Both the position numbers and the translations under genes were made by a program. A stretch of 64,000 nucleotides of DNA from an uncultured Gammaproteobacteria bacterium (GTDB lineage: Bacteria > Patescibacteriota > Patescibacteriia > Magasanikbacterales > JBBTXJ01), in contig CAZSVL010000001.1 in assembly GCA_964610305.1 (NCBI GenBank), positions 6,083 through 70,082 of the forward strand. Direction: 5' to 3'. Positions 1-8,216 of the stretch are shown piece after piece. Under the pieces are notes generated by a model that saw nothing but the letters and a program-made list of their open reading frames with translations, was not told the origin of the DNA and did no database searches. The first letter of the stretch is position 1; every line of letters starts with the position of its first letter.

Positions 1-21
1 CTCAAGCCATGATTGAATCAT
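1..21 (-). CDS. 5' end of a minus-strand gene running off the window (first residues M-I-Q-S-W-L-E); product unknown
   Basis: ATG at 21..19 on the minus strand, preceded by AAGGAGGT 8 nt upstream and a TATAAT-like box; only 7 codons visible. Confidence 0.3.
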
Positions 22-82
22 TCTCTGTCACCTCCTTTCTCCATGAGGATGCATTTATTTTCTGGCTTTATTATACCACATC

Positions 83-111
83 TTGACATTTAGTATGGTT
101 TTGCGTATAGT
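83..111 (+). promoter_or_regulatory. sigma70-like promoter, TTGACA-N17-TATAGT
   Basis: TTGACA at 83-88, 17-nt spacer, TATAGT at 106-111; no protein gene lies downstream before the terminator at 228-256. Confidence 0.4.
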
Positions 112-117
112 CTACCT

Positions 118-256
118 GAGGAAAGAAGCGGTCGTTTATTAGGATACTACCAGTTCCTCTTTTTAAGTTCCCAATCCACAGAGCGATATGAAAGATGAGC
201 TAGTAAGACTGCCACATTATCGCACTGAGCAGCATTTTTGGATGCTGCTTTTTTTA
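118..256 (+). ncRNA. candidate small RNA of about 140 nt, delimited by a promoter and an intrinsic terminator
   Basis: Transcription start predicted about 7 nt after the -10 box; GCAGCAT/ATGCTGC hairpin plus T7 at 228-256; the only ORF here is a non-conserved 56-codon reading that runs through the terminator. Confidence 0.25.
228..256 (+). terminator. rho-independent terminator
   Basis: 7-bp GC-rich stem GCAGCAT...ATGCTGC followed by TTTTTTT. Confidence 0.5.
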
Positions 257-420
257 TTGACAAAAGATATGATTTTGTGTAGCGTAGTAGAGAGGAAAGA
301 CGGTAGTAATTTAAAGACAAGGATCGTTCCTCATTTTGGGAGACAAGAAGTGGGCCTTAGATAAGATAGATCTCGCTCTCCCACATTTTTGTTTTCAGTT
401 CATAAAAATGGAATGAAGAC

Positions 421-474
421 ATGAGGGAATGAGGAGAACTCTGGTAATATGGTTCACGTTCCCTCATTTTTTTG
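421..474 (+). terminator. hairpin plus T-run (terminator-like)
   Basis: ATGAGGGAA...TTCCCTCAT 9-bp stem followed by TTTTTTT. Confidence 0.35.
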
Positions 475-619
475 CCGGCAAGACAAGGTGATGAGTAAGA
501 TCGAAGAACTCCGGCATTTTTTAAGAGCAAGAAGGTCAGCGTAGTAAGAAGAGCGTTTTGCTCGCTTTTTTGGGGATACGACGGGAATGATTTCAATGAG
601 CAGGAGTTTATCCTCAAAT

Positions 620-649
620 GCCAGTAGCCGTGGCTGCTGGCTTTTTTTA
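620..649 (+). terminator. rho-independent terminator
   Basis: GCCAGTAGC/GCTGCTGGC 9-bp stem (one G-U pair), 4-nt loop, T7. Confidence 0.5.
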
Positions 650-670
650 TTCAACGCAAGAAAATTCCAG

Positions 671-834
671 CCATAGCGCGGGCGTCATCCCGGAATTTGC
701 GAAGCAAATGTCCGGGATCTCACAGAAAAACGTATGCGGCGCAACGCTGCTGTTAGATTCTGAATCAAGTTCAGAATGACAAGAAGCGAAGCTTTGTAAA
801 AAAATATCACGGCCGTAAGGCCGTGGAGCTTCAT
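671..834. repeat. composite intergenic repeat, copy A (about 165 bp): type-1 hairpin, variable hairpin, conserved tail hairpin CACGGCCGTAAGGCCGTG; ends at the murJ stop codon
   Basis: Core GTCATCCCGGAATTTGCGAAGCAAATGTCCGGGATCTC at 683-720; the tail ...GACAAGAAGCGAAGC...ATCACGGCCGTAAGGCCGTGGAGCTTCATTTAAG is near-identical to 17341-17510. Confidence 0.7.
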
Positions 835-2466
835 TTAAGAAAGATGTTCCAGCGTCTCAGCTTCCTGCACGTTTTTCCATTTGAGATATCTTTTTTTAGC
901 GCCGTCTAAAATCTCTCTCATTTCTTGGCTTTTGAGCCAGAGCATTATGGCAGCATAAACAGCAAAGCCAACAATGCTAGCTCCAGAGAGTTTAAGCAAT
1001 ACACCCACAAACGTTTGCATGTTAACTATCTCCCCTAGGTAGTTTTTTGATATTTGTACAAAAAAGGCCATTATTACTCCTGCTATGCTCATTTTTATAA
1101 GAGAAACGATTATGACGCGTTCTTTAAGAGTACCCGTACGGTTATGAAGCCATACCCACAGCAAAATGGCGCTTACCACGCCTCCCAGCGCAAAAGACGC
1201 AGCAAGTGCTAATACGCCGTTTCCTGAGGCTGTTTGCTCAAAGAAAGGGATGGTTAATCGTGCAGTGCTAATAGTGACGGCTCCGCCGATAAGGCTGGCG
1301 ACAAAAGGTGTGGTGCTATCATGAAGCGCCCAGAATCCTCTAGAGAGAAGCGGCAAAAGTGCCTGCGCAAAAAGACCAATAGCAAAAAACGCTAGGCTGT
1401 CTGCGGTGCGTACGGTAGCCGCCCAATCAAAGGCGCCGCTGCCCAAAACAATGCGCACCAGCTCTGCTCTTAAAAGCAAAAAAAGTACCGTTATGGGTAC
1501 AATGAGAAGCAGTATTTTACGAACCGTGCCGGTAAGTGTTTCTATGTAATCGCTCATATTGCCATGCGCTCCAGAAGCGCAGAGTGAGGGAAACGCAGCA
1601 AGCGCAAATGAGATTCCCACAATGCCGATAGGAAAAAATTGAATGTTGTTGGCAAAATTAAAGACCGCAACGGAACCCACCGCCAAAGTGGTAGCCATGA
1701 CCGTAAGCATTAAAATAACACCCTGATAGACCAATAGGCTTGCGGTGCGCGGAACCATCATGCGTAGCAGCTTTTTTAAAGAAGGGCTCCAGCGCATCCT
1801 TGCTTGCAGAGAAAAGCCGCTGTGGTAGAGGGTAGGAACCTGAACCAATAAATGCAGTAGTGCGCCTAGCACTACCCCGTAGGCTACACCGGTTATTCCC
1901 CAATACTTTGAAAACCACAGCGCGCCAATAATAATGCCGGTGTTATACATTATGGGGCTCAGCGCGTAAACCAAAAAATATTTGAGTGATTGAAGTACGC
2001 CAGAGGCAATGGCAGAGATACCCAGGATGATAGGGCTCCAGAAGAGGATTTTTGAAAGAGAGGAAACAAGAAGTTGCTGATCGGCTGTAAATCCGGGAGC
2101 AATGAGCGCAGATAGGGGATCAGAGAAGAACATTAAAATAGCGCTGATGGCCACCACGGCGGTAAGCAGCGCGATAAAGACATTATTAGTAAATTCCCAC
2201 GCCTGCTTTTTGTTTTCTGTGTAAAGTTTGGTAAAGAGGGGGATGAAGCCAGCGGAGAGAGCGCCAGCGATAACAAGGTTATAAACAAGATCCGGAATCC
2301 TAAAGGCGGTAAAGTAAGCGTCTAGCTCAGGCCCTGCACCAAACGTGTGAGAGAGGGCGCGATCTCGTAGAACGCCCAAGAGCCTGGAGACAAAAGACGC
2401 GCCGGCTAGCAAAATGGCCGCACCCGTTATAGAGCTGGATTGTGCAGTGAAAATGCGTTTAATCAT
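835..2466 (-). CDS. murJ: lipid II flippase MurJ (MviN family)
   Basis: 543 aa, polytopic; N-terminus RIFTAQSSSITGAAILLAGASFVSRLLGVLRDRALSHTFGAGPELDAYFTAFRIPDLVYN is the canonical MurJ signature. Confidence 0.9.
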   Translation of the reverse strand: MIKRIFTAQSSSITGAAILLAGASFVSRLLGVLRDRALSHTFGAGPELDAYFTAFRIPDLVYNLVIAGALSAGFIPLFTKLYTENKKQAWEFTNNVFIALLTAVVAISAILMFFSDPLSALIAPGFTADQQLLVSSLSKILFWSPIILGISAIASGVLQSLKYFLVYALSPIMYNTGIIIGALWFSKYWGITGVAYGVVLGALLHLLVQVPTLYHSGFSLQARMRWSPSLKKLLRMMVPRTASLLVYQGVILMLTVMATTLAVGSVAVFNFANNIQFFPIGIVGISFALAAFPSLCASGAHGNMSDYIETLTGTVRKILLLIVPITVLFLLLRAELVRIVLGSGAFDWAATVRTADSLAFFAIGLFAQALLPLLSRGFWALHDSTTPFVASLIGGAVTISTARLTIPFFEQTASGNGVLALAASFALGGVVSAILLWVWLHNRTGTLKERVIIVSLIKMSIAGVIMAFFVQISKNYLGEIVNMQTFVGVLLKLSGASIVGFAVYAAIMLWLKSQEMREILDGAKKRYLKWKNVQEAETLEHLS

Positions 2467-3181
2467 CTGAATATTCTATATCCATAGTGACATCCTTAGT
2501 TACACCTTCTGGAGCTTCCACTATGAGAACAGTTCCATTTAAGTTTTCATTATCAAAGGTGATTTTTCTTTTCGTAGTGTCCAAAAATTCTCTTTGAACG
2601 CGTAAGCCCGCATCTAGCATTTGTGCCTGATACCAATCATCTATAAATTGCGGCTCAGCCGTGAGTCCCAACCATTGCAAGGTTGCTTTGTTTCTATATT
2701 CTCTAAGAGGTTCTTTTACAATTCCGCGGAAGGCATGCCACGCGGATTTTCCAGCATCTTTTCCTGGCGTAGTGGTTGCGGTCTCGTCGGGTTCTTCTAG
2801 GGCTAAAAATACGGGAGCCAGCAGGATTTTTGGTATGAAAGCAGCAGTTTCTGGCCCTCTTTGTTGCCGTTTTGCACTTATATACTCAATTTTTGTTGCC
2901 GATTTTATTTTGTAAACAGGCAGATCTGTTGGAAAATCGCTTGGAATTACGTTAACTTCTTTGGGTAGTGGTGGAGCAAAAATCCAAAAGCCCGCAACAA
3001 TTATAATGGCAAGAACGAAAAAACAACCACACCCGGAAAAACAGGTGCGGCGTACGCACGAGCGCGTCCGGCGAATCTCTTTCATGGCCGGACCTTGAAT
3101 TTCTATGTCATCATCTTCGTAATCTTCGTAATCGTCCTCAAATTCCTCTTGTTTGCTCATGAGCACTATAATATCACGCAA
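2459..3181 (-). CDS. hypothetical membrane-anchored protein with an acidic Tyr-rich N-terminus (EEFEDDYEDYEDDDIEIQ) and one TM helix
   Basis: 240-aa ORF, 8-nt overlap with the murJ start; no recognisable catalytic motif. Confidence 0.45.
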   Translation of the reverse strand: MRDIIVLMSKQEEFEDDYEDYEDDDIEIQGPAMKEIRRTRSCVRRTCFSGCGCFFVLAIIIVAGFWIFAPPLPKEVNVIPSDFPTDLPVYKIKSATKIEYISAKRQQRGPETAAFIPKILLAPVFLALEEPDETATTTPGKDAGKSAWHAFRGIVKEPLREYRNKATLQWLGLTAEPQFIDDWYQAQMLDAGLRVQREFLDTTKRKITFDNENLNGTVLIVEAPEGVTKDVTMDIEYSDD

Positions 3182-3215
3182 ACGTCACTGGGGGAAGATG
3201 TGATATAATGCCGCT

Positions 3216-4571
3216 ATGAAGATTTCATTCTATGGGGCCGCAGGGCAAGTTACGGGATCTTGTTTTTTGGTAGAAACAAGTAGCGCCAAGGTTTTGGTAG
3301 ATTGCGGCATGTTTCAAGGATCAAACTTTAATGAAGGGCGAAATCACGAGAAATTTGAATTTGATCCTTCTAGCATAGATGCTGTTTTTGTAACGCATGC
3401 TCATGTGGATCACAACGGACGCATACCCAAGCTGGTACACGACGGTTTTAAAGGAAAAATCATTGCCACAAAAGGCACCAAAGATCTCATGCATATAGTA
3501 TGGGCAGATGCGCTTAAAATAATGACGTACAACAAGCGTAAATACGGCATGCCCCTGCTTTATCACGGAGAAGATGTGGCCGTTGCCGTGGCTGCGTGTA
3601 AAGGAGTGGATTACAAGAAAAGTATAACCATTAAAGGGGTTACAGCTACATTTCATGACGCAGGGCATATACTAGGATCCTCTTTTGTGGAGCTGGAGGC
3701 AGACGGCAAGCGTATAGTTTTCTCTGGTGATATTGGAAATGAGAACGTCCCTATTTTGCAAGATACCGCATCAATAAATGAGAAAGTAGACGCACTTATT
3801 ATTGAATCCACGTACGGAGACAGGATTCATGAAACCACCACGGAGCGCAGAAAAATAATAAAAGACGCCGTATCAAAAGCGCTGTGCTGTGGTGGCACAC
3901 TCATGATTCCAGCTTTTTCTATAGAGCGAACGCAAGAGCTTTTGTATGAGTTGAGCCAACTAATGGGAAGCGATAAGAGCATTCCGCGCGTACCGTTTTA
4001 TTTGGACAGCCCCATGGCTATTGCGGCACTAGCCGTGTATAAGAGATATCCACAATATTATGATGCGCAGGCCGAGGAGCTTACTAAAGCGGGAAATGAT
4101 TTTTTGAAATTTGAAGGTCTTAAGCTAACGCGCACCACCTCAGAATCTAAACGTATTAATAATGATAGGGGTCCTAAGGTTATTATTGCAGGATCGGGTA
4201 TGATGACGGGCGGACGCATTTTGCATCATGCCGTGCGCTATCTTACGGATCCGCGTAATACTCTTTTGTTGGTGGGCTACACGGCGCGTAATACACTCGG
4301 TAGAAAATTATATGAAGGGAAAAAGCGCGTAACGGTTATGAACAAGCGCATTACGGTAAAGGCAAAGGTTAAAGCTCTCGGTGCGCTTTCAGCTCATGGT
4401 GATCAAAAAAAGCTTCTCAAGTGGGCAAAGACGGCAAAAGGCGCACCAAAGCATATTTTTGCGGTACACGGAGAAGATCATTCTTTGGGAGCGTTATCTA
4501 AAAAATTGAAAGCGCAGTTTAAAAATTCTAACGTAATAATTCCAGAAGAGGGAGATAGTTTTGAGATATGA
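3216..4571 (+). CDS. MBL-fold beta-CASP family RNA-metabolising hydrolase (CPSF73/RNase J-like)
   Basis: HAHVDHNGRIP (HxHxDH) motif, further His/Asp motifs, beta-CASP-length insertion; 451 aa. Confidence 0.75.
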   Translation: MKISFYGAAGQVTGSCFLVETSSAKVLVDCGMFQGSNFNEGRNHEKFEFDPSSIDAVFVTHAHVDHNGRIPKLVHDGFKGKIIATKGTKDLMHIVWADALKIMTYNKRKYGMPLLYHGEDVAVAVAACKGVDYKKSITIKGVTATFHDAGHILGSSFVELEADGKRIVFSGDIGNENVPILQDTASINEKVDALIIESTYGDRIHETTTERRKIIKDAVSKALCCGGTLMIPAFSIERTQELLYELSQLMGSDKSIPRVPFYLDSPMAIAALAVYKRYPQYYDAQAEELTKAGNDFLKFEGLKLTRTTSESKRINNDRGPKVIIAGSGMMTGGRILHHAVRYLTDPRNTLLLVGYTARNTLGRKLYEGKKRVTVMNKRITVKAKVKALGALSAHGDQKKLLKWAKTAKGAPKHIFAVHGEDHSLGALSKKLKAQFKNSNVIIPEEGDSFEI

Positions 4572-5158
4572 GAAATTTTAAAAAGTGGGGGGCATACGGC
4601 GCTCTTTTTTGTTTTTTTGGATTTGTGACAGTGGTGGGTACTATTCGTACCACCTATGTAGATAAAATGTATGCTGAGCATCCAGATTTAGACGCTCATA
4701 TTATGATTTTAGGTGGCAAAGTTGAGGCTGATGGTAGCGCTTCTGATTGGTTGGCAAACAGAGTAAGGGCAGGTGCCGTTCTAGCACAAAAGCAAGGCAA
4801 GCCGGTTTGGCTCAGTGGGGACAGTGGTTGGAAACGAAAAAATGAGATTGTGGCTATGGCAGAAGTGCTTGAGTCTTTCCACCTAGATTATATTGTTGAT
4901 GGAAGAGTTGGAAGAACCATAGATTCTTGCTGGAGAGCAAAGCACGTGCATGACATTGAAAGTTTAATTATCGTGACACAAAAATTCCATATGGCTAGAG
5001 CACTTTATCTTTGCAATAAACTGGGTATAGATACATACGGGGTTGTAGCAGAAAACGGAGAGAGCGGTTTGGCTACTACTTATCTAAGAGATTATGCGGC
5101 AAGCGTCTTAGCCTGGAGAGATATACAATTTGGTTATACGCCAGTGTACACGCAATAG
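4568..5158 (+). CDS. DUF218 (YdcF/SanA/ElyC) family protein
   Basis: N-terminal TM, then LSGDSGWKRKNEIVAMAEVL...DGRVGRTIDSCWRAKHV, typical of the DUF218 fold; ATGA overlap with the upstream gene. Confidence 0.65.
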   Translation: MRNFKKWGAYGALFCFFGFVTVVGTIRTTYVDKMYAEHPDLDAHIMILGGKVEADGSASDWLANRVRAGAVLAQKQGKPVWLSGDSGWKRKNEIVAMAEVLESFHLDYIVDGRVGRTIDSCWRAKHVHDIESLIIVTQKFHMARALYLCNKLGIDTYGVVAENGESGLATTYLRDYAASVLAWRDIQFGYTPVYTQ

Positions 5159-5174
5159 TGTTTTCAATATTTAT

Positions 5175-5207
5175 GTCATCCCGGGCTTGACCCGGGATCT
5201 CAAGAAC
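5175..5207 (+). repeat. type-2 hairpin repeat GTCATCCCGGGCTTGACCCGGGATCTCAAGAAC, immediately upstream of the GIY-YIG start codon
   Basis: Same GTCATCCCGG...CCGGGATCTC ends as the other copies; its reverse complement occurs at 17422-17454. Confidence 0.7.
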
Positions 5208-5504
5208 ATGAAACAATATTACGTCTACATCTTAACCAACCATACTAAAACGGTACTATACGTAGGTGTAACAAGTGACTTGATAAAAAGAGTGTGGCAA
5301 CATCGGCAAATGGTCGTAGAGGGATTTAGTAGAGAATACAAATTAGGGACCCTTGTTTACTTTGAAGTGCATCAAAATGTAAAAGAGGCCATCAAAAGAG
5401 AGAAGAGAATCAAAAAGTGGAAGCGTAAGTGGAAGGAGGAATTAATTGCGAGAGATAATCAAAATTGGGAGGATCTCTATCAGAGATTGCTGGATAGGCG
5501 TTGA
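5208..5504 (+). CDS. GIY-YIG nuclease-domain protein (about 98 aa)
   Basis: KQYYVYILTNHTKTVLYVGVTSDLIKRVWQHRQ matches the GIY-x(9-11)-YIG...R...H/E pattern; the ORF-track start at 5130 would read through the repeat hairpin, so the ATG at 5208 is preferred. Confidence 0.8.
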   Translation: MKQYYVYILTNHTKTVLYVGVTSDLIKRVWQHRQMVVEGFSREYKLGTLVYFEVHQNVKEAIKREKRIKKWKRKWKEELIARDNQNWEDLYQRLLDRR

Positions 5505-5516
5505 TTCTTGAGATCC

Positions 5517-5560
5517 CGGATATTTTGCTCTGCAAAATTCCGGGATGACAGTATTGGTGT
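5517..5560 (-). repeat. type-1 hairpin repeat in inverted orientation, 12 nt after the GIY-YIG stop
   Basis: CTTGAGATCCCGGATATTTTGCTCTGCAAAATTCCGGGATGACAG is the reverse complement of the core at 683-720, 17355-17394 and 41545-41584. Confidence 0.7.
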
Positions 5561-6567
5561 CTTATATGACGCAAAAATAAGAGCCCCAAAAAAGGAGCTG
5601 GGACTATCCGAATATCGCGTAAATGAGCAGAAAAGCTGCAAAGAAAATACCGTGCGAGGCTAGCCAGAATTTTACTGATTCGCGTAGCAGGCTTGATTCT
5701 GGGTGATCAGTCAAAGTAGATCAGTGACAAGGTGGTTTTCACGGTTTCCTCCTGAAAAAGAACTCCTAAGATGATATCACCGTGAATTGCTCGTGTCAAG
5801 TATTGACGCGTATTTTGGTAGTTGCTACATTATGGTCATAGGAGGTTGCTCATTGCGCAATATCAGGAACGTAGCAATAATTAAGAAACCAAACGGCAGC
5901 GCCTACGCTCTAAGATGCGGGCAAGGTGGTGTAAGAAAGGAGCGGGTACCACCAGAGCATACGGTAGTCTTTGAACTTCTTGCATTGCGGGGAGAAGACA
6001 TTGTTGCCTTTGAAAATAGAGCGGGCAGTATTGCTCGTCGGGAATTTGGACTTGGCTACATAGACGGCTTGGATATCTAAGATTTTAAATGGCTGGCTTG
6101 CCAGTCTTTTTTGATACAAAAAAACCGGCAAAAAAGCTCGATATTAATTAACTTCCTGCTCATGCCGGAAAAAAAGGGTGGACCACACGACCATCCACAT
6201 AAATGAGAGATCTTCTCTTGGGTCCACCTAAAGTCAAATTATAGGAGAAATTATGACAAGCGTTAGGTCTCCTTTCATGAAAAACCATGTTCTACTGCGC
6301 TTGCCAAAGATGGGGTGAGGGTTGATCACTTGCAACGTCTTATAAAAGAACCCTGTCATGCCCTCAGTAATAGGCTAGCATTTGTTGTGCTGCTTGTCAA
6401 CCCGTGTGGATAACCAGCCTTGATCATCCCTAATAAAGCGTGTAGAATGGGTTGTAGTGGGGAAAAGTGGGGAAATCTAAAGATGACCCCGAGTTTTAAT
6501 ATAAGTTGGGCAGTGTGCCCGGGTGTTGCGCTAAAACTTTAAAACGGCTGTCAAGTCGCTGCATAAA

Positions 6568-6999
6568 ATGTTTTTAGGCGAGTATCACCACAACTTAGAT
6601 GACAAGGGGCGGCTGGCTATACCAGCTAAATTTCGCGTTGCATTGAGCCGTGGAGCGGTGGTTACACGAGGCCTTGACAATTGTTTATTTATTCTTCCAA
6701 AAAAAGAGCTAGAGCGTCTTGCTATAAAGCTTGCAGAGCTTCCATTAAGCCAGTCAAAAACACGTGCGTATGCGCGTCACATGTTGGCCGGCGCCATGGA
6801 AAGCAAACCAGACAAGCAAGGACGCATTGTTATTCCGGACTATCTCCAAAACTTTGCCAAGATTAAAAAATCTGTAGTTGTTGCTGGGCTGTATAACCGC
6901 ATAGAGGTGTGGGATAAGACGGCGTGGGAGCGCTACGCGGCAAAGAATGAAAAAGAGATAGACGCCATTGCAGAAGCCCTTGGAGAATTTGGCATATGA
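6568..6999 (+). CDS. mraZ: transcriptional regulator MraZ
   Basis: MFLGEYHHNLDDKGRLAIPAKFR... duplicated MraZ/SpoVT-AbrB fold; 143 aa; TGA stop overlaps the rsmH ATG. Confidence 0.9.
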   Translation: MFLGEYHHNLDDKGRLAIPAKFRVALSRGAVVTRGLDNCLFILPKKELERLAIKLAELPLSQSKTRAYARHMLAGAMESKPDKQGRIVIPDYLQNFAKIKKSVVVAGLYNRIEVWDKTAWERYAAKNEKEIDAIAEALGEFGI

Positions 7000-7880
7000 G
7001 ACACCAGCCAGTACTAACACAAGAGGTACTGGAGGGATTGCAGCTACAGCCAGGAATGGTTGTTGTTGATGGCACGCTAGGAGACGGTGGACACGCGCTA
7101 ACCATGCTTGAGCGCATAGGTCCAGAGGGAAAACTGATCGGCATAGACGCTGATTCAGAAGCCATCCTGCGAGCCAAAAAGATTTTATCAAAGCACAAAA
7201 ACGTGACCTTTGTGCGAGATAATTTCAAAAATCTCAGTCAGATTCTAAGGGGGGAGCTGGTAGATGCAATACTGCTAGATCTTGGGTGGTCTATGCCGCA
7301 ATTTAAAGAGCGCGGCAGGGGTTTTAGCTTTGAGGGTGATGAGCCGCTGGATATGCGGTTTGATCCAACAGCTGGAAAAACGGCAGCAGAGCTTATTGCA
7401 GGAGCAAAAGAATCAGAGCTGCAGCGAATACTTCATAAGTATGGAGAGGAGCCGCGGTCAAAAGCCATTGCAAAAGCTATCCACAAAGCTCGGCCCAAGA
7501 CATCAGCCAAGTTGGTAGAAGCGGTAATGTCCGTCTATAAGGGGCGTGGCAAAACGCATCCTGCTACGCGGACGTTTCAGGCAATCAGAATTTGGACTAA
7601 TGACGAGTTGCAGGTGCTAAAAGACGCGCTTGCAAGTGCACAGCAGTCTTTAAAACCGGGTGGCAAACTAGCCGTCATCAGCTTTCACTCGTTGGAAGAC
7701 AGAATAGTTAAACAATTTTTCAGGGGCTCAGACATCTTTATTCAGGCAGCTAAAAAGCCGATTACTGCAAACCCGCAAGAGCTAGCAGAAAATCCGCGCG
7801 CACGAAGCGCAAAGTTGCGAGTGGCCCAAAAAAAACATGCCCCGTTTGAAAGGAGTAAAAAAGTTTTGCAAAAAATGTAG
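6996..7880 (+). CDS. rsmH: 16S rRNA (cytosine1402-N4)-methyltransferase RsmH (MraW)
   Basis: HQPVLTQEVLEGL...VDGTLGDGGHA, SAM-binding motifs; dcw position after mraZ. Confidence 0.9.
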   Translation: MRHQPVLTQEVLEGLQLQPGMVVVDGTLGDGGHALTMLERIGPEGKLIGIDADSEAILRAKKILSKHKNVTFVRDNFKNLSQILRGELVDAILLDLGWSMPQFKERGRGFSFEGDEPLDMRFDPTAGKTAAELIAGAKESELQRILHKYGEEPRSKAIAKAIHKARPKTSAKLVEAVMSVYKGRGKTHPATRTFQAIRIWTNDELQVLKDALASAQQSLKPGGKLAVISFHSLEDRIVKQFFRGSDIFIQAAKKPITANPQELAENPRARSAKLRVAQKKHAPFERSKKVLQKM

Positions 7881-7884
7881 CCGT

Positions 7885-8181
7885 ATGGCAAGCATTTTAG
7901 GAAAAAGTAGCGTACTTAAAGGCCTCATGGTGGTCCTCATATTAGTATTGGGCGTGGGGTATATAGACATGATTAGCGATACGGCCACAAAAGGGTATGT
8001 GATTGCAGATTTAGAAGATACGCTGGTAGATCTTCAAAAGGAAAATCAACTACTCTCTATAGAAGTGGCAGAGTACTCTAGTATGAGCACGGTGCGCGAT
8101 CGCCTACAAAAATTAGGCATGATAGAGGCAGACGATGTTGAATATCTAACGCCTGTGGGTAGCGTGGCTAGCAGAAGATAG
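7885..8181 (+). CDS. FtsL-like / septum-formation-initiator-like bitopic membrane protein
   Basis: Short cytoplasmic tail, one TM (VLKGLMVVLILVLGVGYI), coiled-coil (LEDTLVDLQKENQLLSIEVAEY); sits after rsmH; the ATG at 7885 directly follows the rsmH stop. Confidence 0.5.
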   Translation: MASILGKSSVLKGLMVVLILVLGVGYIDMISDTATKGYVIADLEDTLVDLQKENQLLSIEVAEYSSMSTVRDRLQKLGMIEADDVEYLTPVGSVASRR

Positions 8182-8216
8182 AAGGACCGGCTTAAAAATG
8201 ATATAATAGCTCTACG

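Larger units (their letters stand above)
5175..5560 (+). mobile_element. candidate mini mobile cassette: GIY-YIG gene bracketed by inverted hairpin repeats of a dispersed family
   Basis: Hairpin(fwd)-ORF-hairpin(rev) architecture; elsewhere at 683-780 and 17355-17454 the same two hairpins are separated by only about 30 nt. Confidence 0.35.

Noticed and set aside
357-654. Minus-strand ORFs 357..617 (86 aa) and 454..654 (66 aa)
   Set aside because: They are low-complexity, overlap each other, and span three plus-strand hairpin+T-run structures. They have no start context or recognisable similarity, so I treat the region as noncoding RNA or terminator space.
1658-1918. 86-aa ORF antisense inside murJ
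   Set aside because: It is fully embedded in a well-supported conserved gene on the opposite strand, which is a typical shadow ORF.
2661-2915. 84-aa ORF antisense to the 2459..3181 gene
   Set aside because: It is a shadow ORF without a ribosome-binding site or any recognisable similarity.
5130-5207. ORF-track 5' extension of the GIY-YIG ORF
   Set aside because: The extension would be translated through the conserved hairpin repeat. The GIY-YIG domain begins right at the internal ATG 5208, so the shorter start is preferred.
5787-6080. 97-aa ORF in the 1-kb gap upstream of mraZ
   Set aside because: It has no Shine-Dalgarno sequence, its composition is not codon-like, and it has no recognisable similarity. 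I kept the region as a possible ncRNA or regulatory region instead.
6176-6229. GGTGGACC...GGTCCACC inverted repeat as tmRNA or RNase P
   Set aside because: I could not find the conserved RNase P P4 strings (AGGAAAGUCCGGGC / ACAGAACCCGGCUUA) or the tmRNA 3' end (GGUUCGAUUCC...CCA) on either strand. I kept it only as a generic structured element.
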